DNA from: an uncultured virus (IMG/VR IMGVR_UViG_3300010345_000156)
Taxonomy: Duplodnaviria; Heunggongvirae; Uroviricota; Caudoviricetes
Virus record (IMG/VR): IMGVR_UViG_3300010345_000156
DNA: 64,000 nucleotides
Strand: one strand, 5' to 3'
Shown here: one piece after another, positions 27,743 through 38,709 of the stretch
Layout of the letters: each line of letters begins with the position of its first letter
How positions within the stretch are numbered: the stretch's first letter is position 1
The notes under the pieces: generated by a model
What the model saw: the letters and a program-made list of their open reading frames with translations, nothing else
Database searches by the model: none
What the model was told of the DNA's origin: nothing
Made by a program: the position numbers and the translations under genes

Positions 27743-28525
27743 ATGGAAATTTTTTACTATTGTAGAATATCTAGAAAAATCTTAGTAGCATTCTTAGATT
27801 TTTTTAATGATATGTATGTGTACAATTATACATCAGGCACATCTAATACAGTAGAAAAAATTATAAAAGTTCCTATAAAGTTTGGATTAGCTTCTAAAGA
27901 ATATTTGTTTAATTTACAACAAGAGTCTGGAAAAAAATATTATCCTAAAGTTCCTTCTATGCAAGTTTCTATGGATAATTTAAGTTATTCTTCTGATAGA
28001 GCTTCTTCTGTTAATGAAATAAGGTCTTGGTATGATACGAATTTAAATATATATGATAGTGATGAATTTTGGCAAGATGTTATTCCAACTCCTTATGATT
28101 ATTTTTATACATTAGAATTGTATACAGAATCTTGGGATCATTTATATCAATTAATTGAAAATATTTGTGCATATTTTAATCCAACAAATCATTTAAGAAT
28201 TAAAGAGTTTGATTTTTTAAATATAGAAAGAAATCTTAGAGTAGAATTGACTGATGTTAATATAGATCAACAACAAAGTTTAGCGGAAGATGAATCTAGA
28301 TATTTCTCAGCTAAAATTAGATTTAAAGTTGATGGTATTATTCATAGACCAATTTCCCAAGAAAGTATAATTAAATTTATCAAGACAAATTATCATTATT
28401 CTGATATTGATAAAGAAACATATTCTACATCTGGTTTACCGACATCTGCAAATCCTCCTATAAATTATAATTGGACGTTTTCTATAAATCCTTCTGCAAC
28501 TGCTTATGTAGAAGTTTCTGAATAA
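27743..28525 (+). CDS. gp15: tail completion/sheath stabilizer gp15-like
   Basis: RKILVAFLDFFND, KVPIKFG, PTPYD, QLIENI..YFNP. Confidence 0.85.
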   Translation: MEIFYYCRISRKILVAFLDFFNDMYVYNYTSGTSNTVEKIIKVPIKFGLASKEYLFNLQQESGKKYYPKVPSMQVSMDNLSYSSDRASSVNEIRSWYDTNLNIYDSDEFWQDVIPTPYDYFYTLELYTESWDHLYQLIENICAYFNPTNHLRIKEFDFLNIERNLRVELTDVNIDQQQSLAEDESRYFSAKIRFKVDGIIHRPISQESIIKFIKTNYHYSDIDKETYSTSGLPTSANPPINYNWTFSINPSATAYVEVSE

Positions 28526-28589
28526 CTTTTATATAAATTTATCATAAATACTCTAGATATTGCCTTCGGGCGTCCTTTTGGAGAATATT

Positions 28590-31500
28590 ATGGCTGGCTT
28601 TTCTCAAGGTGCTATTGAATTAAAGAAAAAGAATTTACTTTCTGCTGCACCAAATGATTTTATAAAACTATCAATTAATACAGACAATATACCATATACT
28701 GTAGATGAAAATGGAGTTTATAGATATTTAAATTATTATGATAATGCTGGTATTTCATCTTACCCTTTAAGTGATTTAATAGATAATGGAGATGGTACTT
28801 GTTCAATTTTATCTGCAACTGCTAGAGTATATTCTACAAATAATTTTACTGGGACTCTTTTAGAATACTCTATACCGAGTGCAACATTTACTTTAACTGA
28901 TGGAACAGAACAATATATATGCATTAAATACAATTCTGGAACTCCTATATTTTATGTAGAGAATGATAAAAATCAAATAAATGAATCTAATGTTATTTGT
29001 GTATATTGTTGTTGGAGACAAGGAAATGAAATTCATAGTATAGGTACTGATTCAAAGGCATTAGGATTACCAAATAAAATATCTTTATCGATTACAGATA
29101 CTATTCCATATAGAAAATCTATAGATGGTGGATTAATTTTATCCGAAAGTATCATACCAAATCCTAGAACTGTATTAATTACAAGTGCTAATGTGTATGC
29201 TGGAGTTATTAGAAATGAAATTGGAGCATTTGATTCTTCTATAGATAGATTAACATTAGCTTATCATTCTGGTGGGGATTGGTTATATCAAGATAATTTA
29301 ATCTATAATAATACTCAATATGATGATGGTACTAATTTACAAACAATTGGTAATAATAAATATGCTGTTAGATGGTTTTATAGATCTATTGGTGATATTA
29401 AACAAACTTTTTATGTATTAGGATTAAATCAGTATAATAATATTTCGGATGCGAGATTAGAAAATCCTAGAAGCGATTTACCAATTGTATTACGAAAGCA
29501 TTGTATATTAATTGCTAGAATTATAGTAGAATATAATGCTTCTTCTGGATTAGTAGAAAATATTGCTGATGTAACATTTTCTACAACATCTATACAAAAC
29601 CATAATGATTTAGCAAATATTCAAGGAGGATCTGTAGGAAATTATTATCACGTTTCTGCAAATACTTTTTCGTATCTTTCCGCAGTTTCCGCAGATATTC
29701 AGCAACAATTAAATTCTAAAGTTTCTTCCGCAGGATCTCCATCAAATCATAATAATTTGTTAAATCTTCAGGGTGGAAGTTCTGGAAATTATTATCACGT
29801 TTCTGCAAGTACATTTGGATATCTTTCAGCAGTTTCAGCAGATATTCAACAACAATTGGAATCAAAAGTTCCGAAAGATTTATTAAATATTTTACAAGAA
29901 CCAACGGGATTTATAAACAGAACTGATACAAAAATTTTATTTAATGATGCTACAAGAACTTTTACAATATCTGCTTTAACAAGTTCTTTTGATGTATATT
30001 ATAGAGGAAATAAATTTACAAAAACTACGGAAAGTATAGTTATTCCAAATATTTCTGGATTACATTTTATATATTATTCTTCTGCTGGCGTTTTAAGTCA
30101 ATTAAATAATATTGCTTGGGATCTTTTAACAACGATTCAAGTAGCGGTTGTATATTGGACAGGAACTAAGTCTTTGGGATTATGTGATGAAAGACATGGG
30201 ACTGTTATGGATTGCGCTACACATGAATATCTTCACAACACTTTTGGAACTAGATACGAAAGTGGATTTAATTCTACATATACATTATCAAATGATTCTT
30301 CTGCATATTTTGGTGTTTCTAATGGTATAATTTCTGATGAAGATTTAAGAATAAGTATCTCGCAAGGATCTTCTGGAAATTATTTCACACAACAAATAAA
30401 TTATCCGGGTTATTTTCCAGTATTTTATAGATCTGGTTCTGATGGTCTAGGCACTTGGAGAAAAGATCCAGCAATTATTTTTCCATATAAAAATTTAGGA
30501 GCAGGTACAAGAGTAACATTTAATGAATTATCTGGGACTATTTGGAAACAAACAGAAACTTCAAATAATAATTTTGTGGCTTATTATATATATGCGACTG
30601 ATGAAATGCATCAACCTGTTATAGCTGTTCAAGGTCAAAGACAAGATACTTCATTAATAAATGCTCAAAATAATAATATCCAAGGAACTCTTTCACTTAA
30701 TGATTTTCCTATAGTAGAAGCTAAACTTTTATATAGAATAATTGTACAGACAAATGCATCATATACTGGAAATCCTTTTTATGCTAGAATTGTTGATGTT
30801 ACAGATTATAGAAATCAATTAGTATCAACTGGAAGTATTATTGGTGGAACTGGTACTGTGACATCTGTAGGACTTTCTGCTAATCCAATTTTTTCTATTG
30901 CTGGATCTCCTATCACAAATGCAGGAACTTTTACAATAGATCTTTCAGCACAATCTTCAGGAACATTTTTAGCAGGGTCTATTTCTGGAGCAGCATCTAT
31001 ACCAACATTTAGAAAATTAACCTCTTCAGACATTCCTCCAATTTCAAATTATTATCTTCCTTTATCTGGTGGGCAACTTTATGGACAAATGCGAGGAACG
31101 TCTATAAGTGCTTCTGGAAATATTTCTGCTCAAAATTTAGTGATTCCTGGTTCACTAAATTTTGGAATAAATTCTTCGGCATTTGGTAGATTTACTGTAG
31201 GAACTCATATGTTTCTTTTTGTAAATCAAAACACTGATGGGAGTATAATTGACTATCCATTAATTATAGAAAAAGTCGGATCAAGAATCAGGCTAGGAAC
31301 GGATGCAATAAAAAGACCTGTTGAAATGGGTGGTCCAGTAACTATTTTAAATCTTTCTGCTAATGGTTTTGTTCGATCAAATTCTTCAGGGTTGTTGACA
31401 AGTTCTCCATTGGTTTCTTCAGATTTACCGTCATTAGCATATTTACCACTATCTGGAGGAACTTTAACAGGACAATTAAAAGGAACTTCTATAAGTGCTT

Positions 31501-34500
31501 CTGGAAATATTTCTGCTCAAAATTTAGTGATTCCTGGTTCACTAAATTTTGGAATAAATTCTTCTGCGTATGGTAGATTTACTGTAGGAACTCATATGTT
31601 TCTTTTCGTAAATCAAAACACTGATGGGAGTATAATTGATTATCCATTGATTATAGAAAAAGTCGGTACGAGAATTAGGTTAGGTACGGATGCAATAAAA
31701 AGACCTATTGAAATGGGTGGTCCGGTAACAATTCAAAATCTTTCTGCTAATGGATTTTTAAGATCAAATTCTTCGGGATTAATAACGACTTCGCCTTTTG
31801 TTTCTTCAGATTTACCTTCTTTAGCATATTTACCACTTTCTGGAGGAACTGTTTCGAATGGTTTGAATATAAATCAAAATTTGTATGTTTCACAAACAGT
31901 TTCTGCAAATACTTTTAAAAAACACGGAGGAACATCTAATCAATTTCTTAAAGCTGATGGTTCTGTAGATTCAAATTCTTATGCTTTAAATTCTTCTTTA
32001 GGAAATTATCTTCCACGTTCAGGTGGTACATTAACTGGCGGAATTTCTTTATCAAATGTTACATCTGGTATTGGTTTAGGAATATATGGGACGAATGGTA
32101 TAAATGATGGTTGGACTATAAGAGGTGGTTCTTCCGGAACAGATTTAGGTTATTTAGAAATTGCTACAAGAGACAATGGAAATGAACCTATATATGTAAG
32201 GCAATATGCAGATAATTTTACTAACCCTTTTAGAACAGTAACATTATTAGACGGAAATGGTTCTAGTAATTTTCCAGGAAATATTTCGGCTGCGAATTAT
32301 TCGACTCCAGGGTCATATATATTCCAAAATAGTAATTCCATGTTTTGGTCTATCGCTGGAACATCTGGGGATATTTTTATTAGAAATCTTTCTGCAAACG
32401 GTTCTATTATAGATTACCCGTTTGTTATAGAAAAAACAGGTTTGAATAGAATTAGATTAGGTATGGGATCTATAATTCGTCCTGTAGAATTAGGTGGACC
32501 AGTAACAATTCAAAATCTTTCTGCTACTGGTTTTGTTCGATCAAATTCTTCAGGACTTTTGACAACTTCTCCATTAGTTTCTTCAGATTTACCGTCATTA
32601 GCATATTTACCACTATCTGGAGGAACTTTAACAGGACAATTAAAAGGAACTTCTATAAGTGCTTCTGGAAATATTTCTGCACAAAATTTAGTAACTCCTG
32701 GTTCATTAATTTTTAGAAATGATTCTTCAGCATTTGCATCATTTGGAGCAACATCAACAGAAATTTTAATTAGAAATCTTTCAGCTAATGGTGCTGTAAT
32801 AGATTATCCAATTGTAATAGAAAAAGAGGGATTAGAGAGAGTTCGATTAGGAGCTTCTGGTAAAGTTAGACCTATAGAAATGGGAGGTCCAGTAACTATT
32901 TTAAATCTTTCTGCTAATGGATTTGTCAGATCAAATTCTTCAGGGTTGTTGACAAGTTCTCCATTAGTTTCTGGAGACATTCCATCATTATCTAATCTTT
33001 ATCTTCCATTATCTGGAGGTACTTTAACAGGACAATTAAACTTATCACCATCTATACCATTAAGATTTACTCAAACTGGATCAGGAACTTATAATTTAGG
33101 TGTTTGGTATCATACTAGTGCTGGAACAATATATGAAAGAGCTAGAATATCAGATTCGTTGACGGCGACTCCGATAAAGTTTGCGATTGGTACAAGAGGA
33201 TCTGCAACAAATATATTTGAAATTTCTAATATTGTTGGTATTTCTGCTAGACAAAGAATTTATTATGATGCTTTAATAGATTCTAATACAGATTATGCAG
33301 AAAATTGTTTAGAAGTTGCTACAAATACTAGTTCTCCATCACATTCATTTAAACCAGGAATAGGGTTTCATTCTCAAGGACAATATGCTTCATTATTTTA
33401 TTTAAATGCTCGACAAGATTGGAAAGCAAAAGATGATACTGGAAATATTATAACATTTTATCATACTGGAAATTTACCATCAGTTTTAGGAAACTATCTT
33501 CCTTTATCTGGTGGAACTATGGGTGGGGATATTTCATTTACAAATTCTACAACGGGTCTGGGTAAAGGGATTTATGGAACAAATGGTGATAATGATCATT
33601 GGAGAATCGTTGGAGGTTCTACTGGGGCTAATTCCGGATATTTGGAAATTGCTACAGATGACGATATTTCAGAACCAATTTATGTGAGACAATATCGAGG
33701 AACATTCGCTTCGCCTGTCTCAGCAAGAACTTTAACATTATTGGATTCTAGTGGTAATACAAATTTTCCAGGAAATCTTTCGGCAAGTAATATGATAAAT
33801 CGAGGTTCTTATTATGTTTCAAATTATGCTGCTGGTGGAAATCCTTCATTAATTACAAATCAAGGATTAGCAACATTTTATACCTTAAATCTTGATTATT
33901 ATAGTACTGGTGAAAGGAGTTTAAAATTTGCAGATTCTTGTTACTTAGGACCAACATATGCAACATTTTTTAACAACGGATCTTCTCAAAATAATGCTAT
34001 AGTTGTTAAAGGTGCTGGAAATCAAGGTTATGGTGGAATTTATTTTGGTGTTCCAGGACTTTATCCTGCATATATTGGTACTAGAGGTGATAATACCTTA
34101 TATATTGCTGGCCCAAATATTAATTCTACTGGTGCATTATCTCAAAATGGAAATTCTACATTTATTGGACATACGAATATTGGAAGAGTTGCGTGGCCTG
34201 ATGAATATTCCATGACAGTATATGATAAGTTTTATGTATCAGGAACATCATATTTTTCAACATTAAATATAAATGGAGTATCGACGTTTAATAAAAATTC
34301 TACATTTAATGGTATAAGTTATTTTAATAGTAATATTGTACAAAGTAAAGGAGATACATTTTTAGGAACTAAAAAAAATGTGGATATTTATACTTTATAT
34401 AACTACAATTATTCTCAATTTTATGGTACTAGTGTGTTTAATAATAATGTGATATTTAATGATCCGATAACATTAAAAGATACATCTCAATTTAATTCAT

Positions 34501-34856
34501 CCGCAACATTTTCAGCATTAACAAAATTTAATGTTGGTCAAGTTTTAGAACCTACTTGGGTAAATTCTACTTCATATACTGTTACAGATATTTCTCCTGG
34601 ATTTTTAGCATTTTCAGATTTAAGTACTTCTGCGACAAGAATAACATTATCTGATAGTGTTAGACCTGGAAAATTTATTATGATATTTAATTACTCTGGT
34701 GAAAATAGATATATACAATCTGATATCACTGCAGGTTTGAATACTTCATCTTCGAGTTATACTACAGAATTATTGATATCTGCAAATTCTTTATATCTTT
34801 GTATAAAATTATCATCAGGATTATATGCTGGTGGATGGAAGGTAAGATTATTATGA
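28590..34856 (+). CDS. long tail fibre-like protein with internal repeats
   Basis: Seven YLP(L/R)SGG motifs, GTVTSVGLS, FLKADGS fibre motifs; GGAG SD before ATG 28590. Confidence 0.82.
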   Translation: MAGFSQGAIELKKKNLLSAAPNDFIKLSINTDNIPYTVDENGVYRYLNYYDNAGISSYPLSDLIDNGDGTCSILSATARVYSTNNFTGTLLEYSIPSATFTLTDGTEQYICIKYNSGTPIFYVENDKNQINESNVICVYCCWRQGNEIHSIGTDSKALGLPNKISLSITDTIPYRKSIDGGLILSESIIPNPRTVLITSANVYAGVIRNEIGAFDSSIDRLTLAYHSGGDWLYQDNLIYNNTQYDDGTNLQTIGNNKYAVRWFYRSIGDIKQTFYVLGLNQYNNISDARLENPRSDLPIVLRKHCILIARIIVEYNASSGLVENIADVTFSTTSIQNHNDLANIQGGSVGNYYHVSANTFSYLSAVSADIQQQLNSKVSSAGSPSNHNNLLNLQGGSSGNYYHVSASTFGYLSAVSADIQQQLESKVPKDLLNILQEPTGFINRTDTKILFNDATRTFTISALTSSFDVYYRGNKFTKTTESIVIPNISGLHFIYYSSAGVLSQLNNIAWDLLTTIQVAVVYWTGTKSLGLCDERHGTVMDCATHEYLHNTFGTRYESGFNSTYTLSNDSSAYFGVSNGIISDEDLRISISQGSSGNYFTQQINYPGYFPVFYRSGSDGLGTWRKDPAIIFPYKNLGAGTRVTFNELSGTIWKQTETSNNNFVAYYIYATDEMHQPVIAVQGQRQDTSLINAQNNNIQGTLSLNDFPIVEAKLLYRIIVQTNASYTGNPFYARIVDVTDYRNQLVSTGSIIGGTGTVTSVGLSANPIFSIAGSPITNAGTFTIDLSAQSSGTFLAGSISGAASIPTFRKLTSSDIPPISNYYLPLSGGQLYGQMRGTSISASGNISAQNLVIPGSLNFGINSSAFGRFTVGTHMFLFVNQNTDGSIIDYPLIIEKVGSRIRLGTDAIKRPVEMGGPVTILNLSANGFVRSNSSGLLTSSPLVSSDLPSLAYLPLSGGTLTGQLKGTSISASGNISAQNLVIPGSLNFGINSSAYGRFTVGTHMFLFVNQNTDGSIIDYPLIIEKVGTRIRLGTDAIKRPIEMGGPVTIQNLSANGFLRSNSSGLITTSPFVSSDLPSLAYLPLSGGTVSNGLNINQNLYVSQTVSANTFKKHGGTSNQFLKADGSVDSNSYALNSSLGNYLPRSGGTLTGGISLSNVTSGIGLGIYGTNGINDGWTIRGGSSGTDLGYLEIATRDNGNEPIYVRQYADNFTNPFRTVTLLDGNGSSNFPGNISAANYSTPGSYIFQNSNSMFWSIAGTSGDIFIRNLSANGSIIDYPFVIEKTGLNRIRLGMGSIIRPVELGGPVTIQNLSATGFVRSNSSGLLTTSPLVSSDLPSLAYLPLSGGTLTGQLKGTSISASGNISAQNLVTPGSLIFRNDSSAFASFGATSTEILIRNLSANGAVIDYPIVIEKEGLERVRLGASGKVRPIEMGGPVTILNLSANGFVRSNSSGLLTSSPLVSGDIPSLSNLYLPLSGGTLTGQLNLSPSIPLRFTQTGSGTYNLGVWYHTSAGTIYERARISDSLTATPIKFAIGTRGSATNIFEISNIVGISARQRIYYDALIDSNTDYAENCLEVATNTSSPSHSFKPGIGFHSQGQYASLFYLNARQDWKAKDDTGNIITFYHTGNLPSVLGNYLPLSGGTMGGDISFTNSTTGLGKGIYGTNGDNDHWRIVGGSTGANSGYLEIATDDDISEPIYVRQYRGTFASPVSARTLTLLDSSGNTNFPGNLSASNMINRGSYYVSNYAAGGNPSLITNQGLATFYTLNLDYYSTGERSLKFADSCYLGPTYATFFNNGSSQNNAIVVKGAGNQGYGGIYFGVPGLYPAYIGTRGDNTLYIAGPNINSTGALSQNGNSTFIGHTNIGRVAWPDEYSMTVYDKFYVSGTSYFSTLNINGVSTFNKNSTFNGISYFNSNIVQSKGDTFLGTKKNVDIYTLYNYNYSQFYGTSVFNNNVIFNDPITLKDTSQFNSSATFSALTKFNVGQVLEPTWVNSTSYTVTDISPGFLAFSDLSTSATRITLSDSVRPGKFIMIFNYSGENRYIQSDITAGLNTSSSSYTTELLISANSLYLCIKLSSGLYAGGWKVRLL

Positions 34857-35488
34857 TAAATTTAAGTAATTATATAAAATCATGTGAAAAAAATAATATT
34901 CAAATTTTAGAAAATACAGATTCTTTACATTTTGATAATAAACCAGTCGTAAAAATTCATCAAGATATTAATTATCAAAATACTAATAATTATCCAGACA
35001 AAAAATTTTTTCAAAGAAATTGTGAAGAATCGGAAAATGTATTTTGTTTACCTTTAGGAATTCAAGATAATACCGATTCTTTAATTGAAAAAACTTTAGA
35101 AAAGAATTTAGAAAAAACTATTTTATGTTCTTCTCAGTATTCACAATTTACTAGAAAAGAATTATTACCAGAATATTCTTTTGTGACTTATTTTGAGAAA
35201 GAACCTATAGAAAAATATTTAGAAAATATTGCTAAATCAAAATATGTTATATCACCACATGGAATGAGACCAGATTGCTACAGACATTGGGAATCTCTTT
35301 ATTTAAATGCTATCCCGATAACTTTAAAACATCCTAAATTAAAATCATTTGAAGATCTACCTATTTTGTTTTTAAATTCTTGGGATGAACTTTCCGAAGA
35401 ACTTTTAATAAATGAATATGAAAGCTTACTAAATAAGTCTAGAGAAAAGCTTGATCTAAATTATTGGATAAAATTAATGAAGGAATAA
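34853..35488 (+). CDS. exostosin/GT47-like glycosyltransferase
   Basis: YLENIAKSKYVISPHG...DCYRHWESLYLNAIPI matches the exostosin-family C-terminal motif; ATGA overlap with fibre stop. Confidence 0.68.
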   Translation: MINLSNYIKSCEKNNIQILENTDSLHFDNKPVVKIHQDINYQNTNNYPDKKFFQRNCEESENVFCLPLGIQDNTDSLIEKTLEKNLEKTILCSSQYSQFTRKELLPEYSFVTYFEKEPIEKYLENIAKSKYVISPHGMRPDCYRHWESLYLNAIPITLKHPKLKSFEDLPILFLNSWDELSEELLINEYESLLNKSREKLDLNYWIKLMKE

Positions 35489-35490
35489 GT

Positions 35491-36006
35491 ATGGAAAAAA
35501 TCGATGGAATTGCAGAAGCTTTAAATACCACATTCAAAACAGCAGATATTCCAAAAGCTATAGAAAAACTTGATTCTAAAATAATTCAAGCTAAAACCGT
35601 AAATGCAAATGAATATGCAACTTTAGAAGATAAAGATTATCTCAAAATGGAATTAATGGAAATGATTTCTTCTATGCAACATGCGAAACGATTTCTTGAA
35701 GATAATTTTTTAAAACCCGGATGTAAAGCAAGCGAAATAGAAAGTTATAGTATGCTTTCAGAAAAGATTTTGACTGCAATTAAAGAACTTAGAATACTTA
35801 ATATGGATGTTATTAATACAAACATTGCTCAAAAACGTTTAGAACAATCTTACCAAATTAAAACAGGAACCATCACAAACAATGTTCAAAATAATGTTTA
35901 TATGTTAGATTCAAAATCTTTAGATGATATGATTAAAAATGCTGAAAATAATAGAAGAATAGATTCTATAGATGTAGATTTTGAAATTGATGATCAGATA
36001 AAATAA
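35491..36006 (+). CDS. gp16: terminase small subunit gp16-like
   Basis: Helical DY..EL core and NNVQNNVY..S..L tail as in gp16; upstream of gp17. Confidence 0.6.
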   Translation: MEKIDGIAEALNTTFKTADIPKAIEKLDSKIIQAKTVNANEYATLEDKDYLKMELMEMISSMQHAKRFLEDNFLKPGCKASEIESYSMLSEKILTAIKELRILNMDVINTNIAQKRLEQSYQIKTGTITNNVQNNVYMLDSKSLDDMIKNAENNRRIDSIDVDFEIDDQIK

Positions 36007-36043
36007 AGTTGACTAAATAATTAAAATTAAGAGAGATTAATAA

Positions 36044-36352
36044 ATGAGTTTTAAACATTTTTATTATAGAAATATCACAGACAAATCAATAATCTTCGAA
36101 TCAGTTTTTGAAACTTATTACGAAAAAGGTTATTTTGGAAAGTTGGATAAAGATACTATTAAAACTCAACAAAAATCCTGGTTTGATAAGTTGATAATGC
36201 TTTTAGATGAAGGAGATCAAGATTGTCTTTTTAACGTTCTACAAAATAGAGATAATATAACAAGACAATGGGTTTCTAGAATTTATAATGAAGATATCAC
36301 AGAAAGCTCTAGACAAGAAATCAAAGACTTTCTAGAAAAGGTCATCAAGTGA
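36044..36352 (+). CDS. hypothetical protein
   Basis: ORF after TAAATA. Confidence 0.6.
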   Translation: MSFKHFYYRNITDKSIIFESVFETYYEKGYFGKLDKDTIKTQQKSWFDKLIMLLDEGDQDCLFNVLQNRDNITRQWVSRIYNEDITESSRQEIKDFLEKVIK

Positions 36353-36657
36353 AATTCCAAGAACATATTCAATACTTAACAGAAACTGAAGAAATGACTT
36401 TTAGAATAGGGTATGGTGTAAGAGATTCAAAAACTCATAAGCTAATCAAATTCTTTAACAATCTAAAATTTTATCAAGAACTTAAACAATTCAAAACTGA
36501 AGAAGAAAATGCTAAAAACCTAGAACAAAAGAAATGGAAAATCACAAACGAACTCCAAGATAAAGATTTAAGATTTTTCGAATTTTGGGGAGACTCTGAA
36601 ATATACCCAATCACAAAAGATGAACCAGATTATAGAAAATTTAAAAAAGGAATTTAA
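36349..36657 (+). CDS. hypothetical protein, possible internal head protein
   Basis: GTG start overlapping prior stop; MKFQEHIQYLTE. Confidence 0.6.
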   Translation: MKFQEHIQYLTETEEMTFRIGYGVRDSKTHKLIKFFNNLKFYQELKQFKTEEENAKNLEQKKWKITNELQDKDLRFFEFWGDSEIYPITKDEPDYRKFKKGI

Positions 36658-37010
36658 TGAAAAATGAACATAAGTTTCAAAGAGAATTTAATCAAATAGC
36701 GATAGATGGAATTATTAGAGAGATAATTGGACCAGATAAATGCTTCGAAATTGAAACTAAAAAAGATTATAGAGTTGTAGTATATCAAGGAAACGATATG
36801 AAAATCTCTACTCATATCTTTTGTAAATATTTTGATTTAGTCTTTTGGAAAAATCGTGATGTAGAAGATGTTTATAGATTAAATTTCGATGAAGAGTCTT
36901 TTGAATTTGCTAAAGATCTTCTAATGGAATTCTTAGAAAATCATTTTGTAGAAGAACATTTAAAGAAATTGAAGAAAATTAAACAAAGAAAAATTCTAAG
37001 AAGACATTGA
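36657..37010 (+). CDS. hypothetical protein
   Basis: ORF with AAGGA SD. Confidence 0.6.
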   Translation: MKNEHKFQREFNQIAIDGIIREIIGPDKCFEIETKKDYRVVVYQGNDMKISTHIFCKYFDLVFWKNRDVEDVYRLNFDEESFEFAKDLLMEFLENHFVEEHLKKLKKIKQRKILRRH

Positions 37011-37032
37011 ATAAATTAATTTGAGGTGATTC

Positions 37033-37680
37033 ATGATAGATTTTAAAAATTTCGTAAAAGAATATTGTATAACAGGTTCTATAGATTCAGGATTAACTAG
37101 AGTAAATTTAAATGGTGTGCAAAATAATATATTACAAAATTTCCAAAACAAAAGATCTTTAGATTTAATTTCTAGACAATCTGGTGGATCTACTTTAATA
37201 AATCTTGTGACAATTTACCAAGCACTTATAAAAAATGAAGATGTAGTAATTCATTCCCAAAGACCTAAAGATACTCTATATAGTTTAAAACTCTCTTTAG
37301 AATATCTTCCACAAGAATTTCAAACTTATCAAATTTTCCAAGATAAAATAAAATTCAAAAATTCATCTATCTTTGTATCAGATTTTAGAACTCCAAAAAG
37401 AGGAATGAATTCTAAAATAGTTTTTCTAGATAATCCTAATATTTCTAAAAATCAATTAGAAGAATTTATTCACACATACGCATTTTCTAAAGAATTTCAT
37501 ATAGTAACTTCTGCAATTCCTTCTCATAAAGAATTCTATGAAAATTGTGAAAAAATAGGTTTCTCAAAATGCATATCAAAATGGTCATTAGATGAACTAA
37601 GAGATGAAAATTGGAAAATAGATATGATGAATAGTATTGGGATAAAATATTTTAAACAAGAATTCGAATGTGAGGTATAA
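37033..37680 (+). CDS. degenerate terminase-ATPase-domain paralog
   Basis: SRQSGGST, VFLDN, RDENW...FKQEFEC mirror the gp17 ATPase domain; GAGGTG SD. Confidence 0.7.
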   Translation: MIDFKNFVKEYCITGSIDSGLTRVNLNGVQNNILQNFQNKRSLDLISRQSGGSTLINLVTIYQALIKNEDVVIHSQRPKDTLYSLKLSLEYLPQEFQTYQIFQDKIKFKNSSIFVSDFRTPKRGMNSKIVFLDNPNISKNQLEEFIHTYAFSKEFHIVTSAIPSHKEFYENCEKIGFSKCISKWSLDELRDENWKIDMMNSIGIKYFKQEFECEV

Positions 37681-37682
37681 TA

Positions 37683-38708
37683 ATGCATTACGTCTATAAA
37701 ACAACAAATAAAGAAAATGGAAAATATTATGTAGGAGTCCATAAATCAGAAAATATTCAAAATGATTCATATCTAGGTTCAGGATATATTCTAGCAAAAG
37801 CTATAGAAAAATATGGAAAAGAATCATTTACAAGAGAAATTTTATTTGAATTCGAAACTCCTGAAGAAGCATTTGAAAAAGAAAGAGAAATAGTGAATGA
37901 AGAGTTCGTAAAAAATGAACAAACTTATAATATAGCTTTAGGTGGACATGGTGGAAAACTCACTGAAATAAATCCATTCTTTGGAAAACATCATTCAGAT
38001 GAAACTAAGGAAATATTAAGACAAAAAAGTACTGGTAGAATTCATACAGAAGAATCTAGAGAAAAAATTTCTAATTCGATGTTAGAATATTATGATTCAT
38101 TATCCGAAGAAGAATGGAACGAATTATCTAAAAATGTTTCTGGAGAAAATAATCCATTTTTTGGTAAAACTCATTCAGATGAGACGAAAGAATATTTGAA
38201 AACTATTAACACTGGAAGAACACATAGTGAAGAAGCCAAACAAAAAATGTCTGAAAATAGTACAAATAAAGGAGTTCCAAAATCTGAAGAATTCAAAGAC
38301 CATTTGTCGAAGTTATTTAAAGGTCGAACTAATGAATGGAATCAAGTTACTAACAGGAATCCAGAGAAGATTAGAAAGACTGCTGAAAAACATAGAGGAA
38401 TGAAAAGATCTGAAGAAACTTGTAAAAATATTTCAGAATCTCTTATTGGAAAAAATAAAGGAGTTGATAATAAAGAATTTAAAGGATATTGGGTAACACC
38501 TTTTGGAAAATTTGATTCCCTAAAATCAGCATCTGAAGCTACTGGAAATTCTATTATATGTATCCGCGATAGATGTTTAGCAAAAAATGAAAATAAAATC
38601 GCAAAACAAAGTGCAATAAAAGATCCAAAGATTTCAGAAAATGATATAGGAAAAACTTGGAAAGAAATTGGATGGGGATTTGAACCAGTTATTAAGGAGA
38701 AATTATAA
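37683..38708 (+). CDS. GIY-YIG (Seg-like) homing endonuclease with NUMOD3 repeats
   Basis: HYVYKTTN..NGKYYVGVH...YLGSG, YN; NPFFGK.HSDETK repeats. Confidence 0.9.
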   Translation: MHYVYKTTNKENGKYYVGVHKSENIQNDSYLGSGYILAKAIEKYGKESFTREILFEFETPEEAFEKEREIVNEEFVKNEQTYNIALGGHGGKLTEINPFFGKHHSDETKEILRQKSTGRIHTEESREKISNSMLEYYDSLSEEEWNELSKNVSGENNPFFGKTHSDETKEYLKTINTGRTHSEEAKQKMSENSTNKGVPKSEEFKDHLSKLFKGRTNEWNQVTNRNPEKIRKTAEKHRGMKRSEETCKNISESLIGKNKGVDNKEFKGYWVTPFGKFDSLKSASEATGNSIICIRDRCLAKNENKIAKQSAIKDPKISENDIGKTWKEIGWGFEPVIKEKL

Positions 38709-38709
38709 A

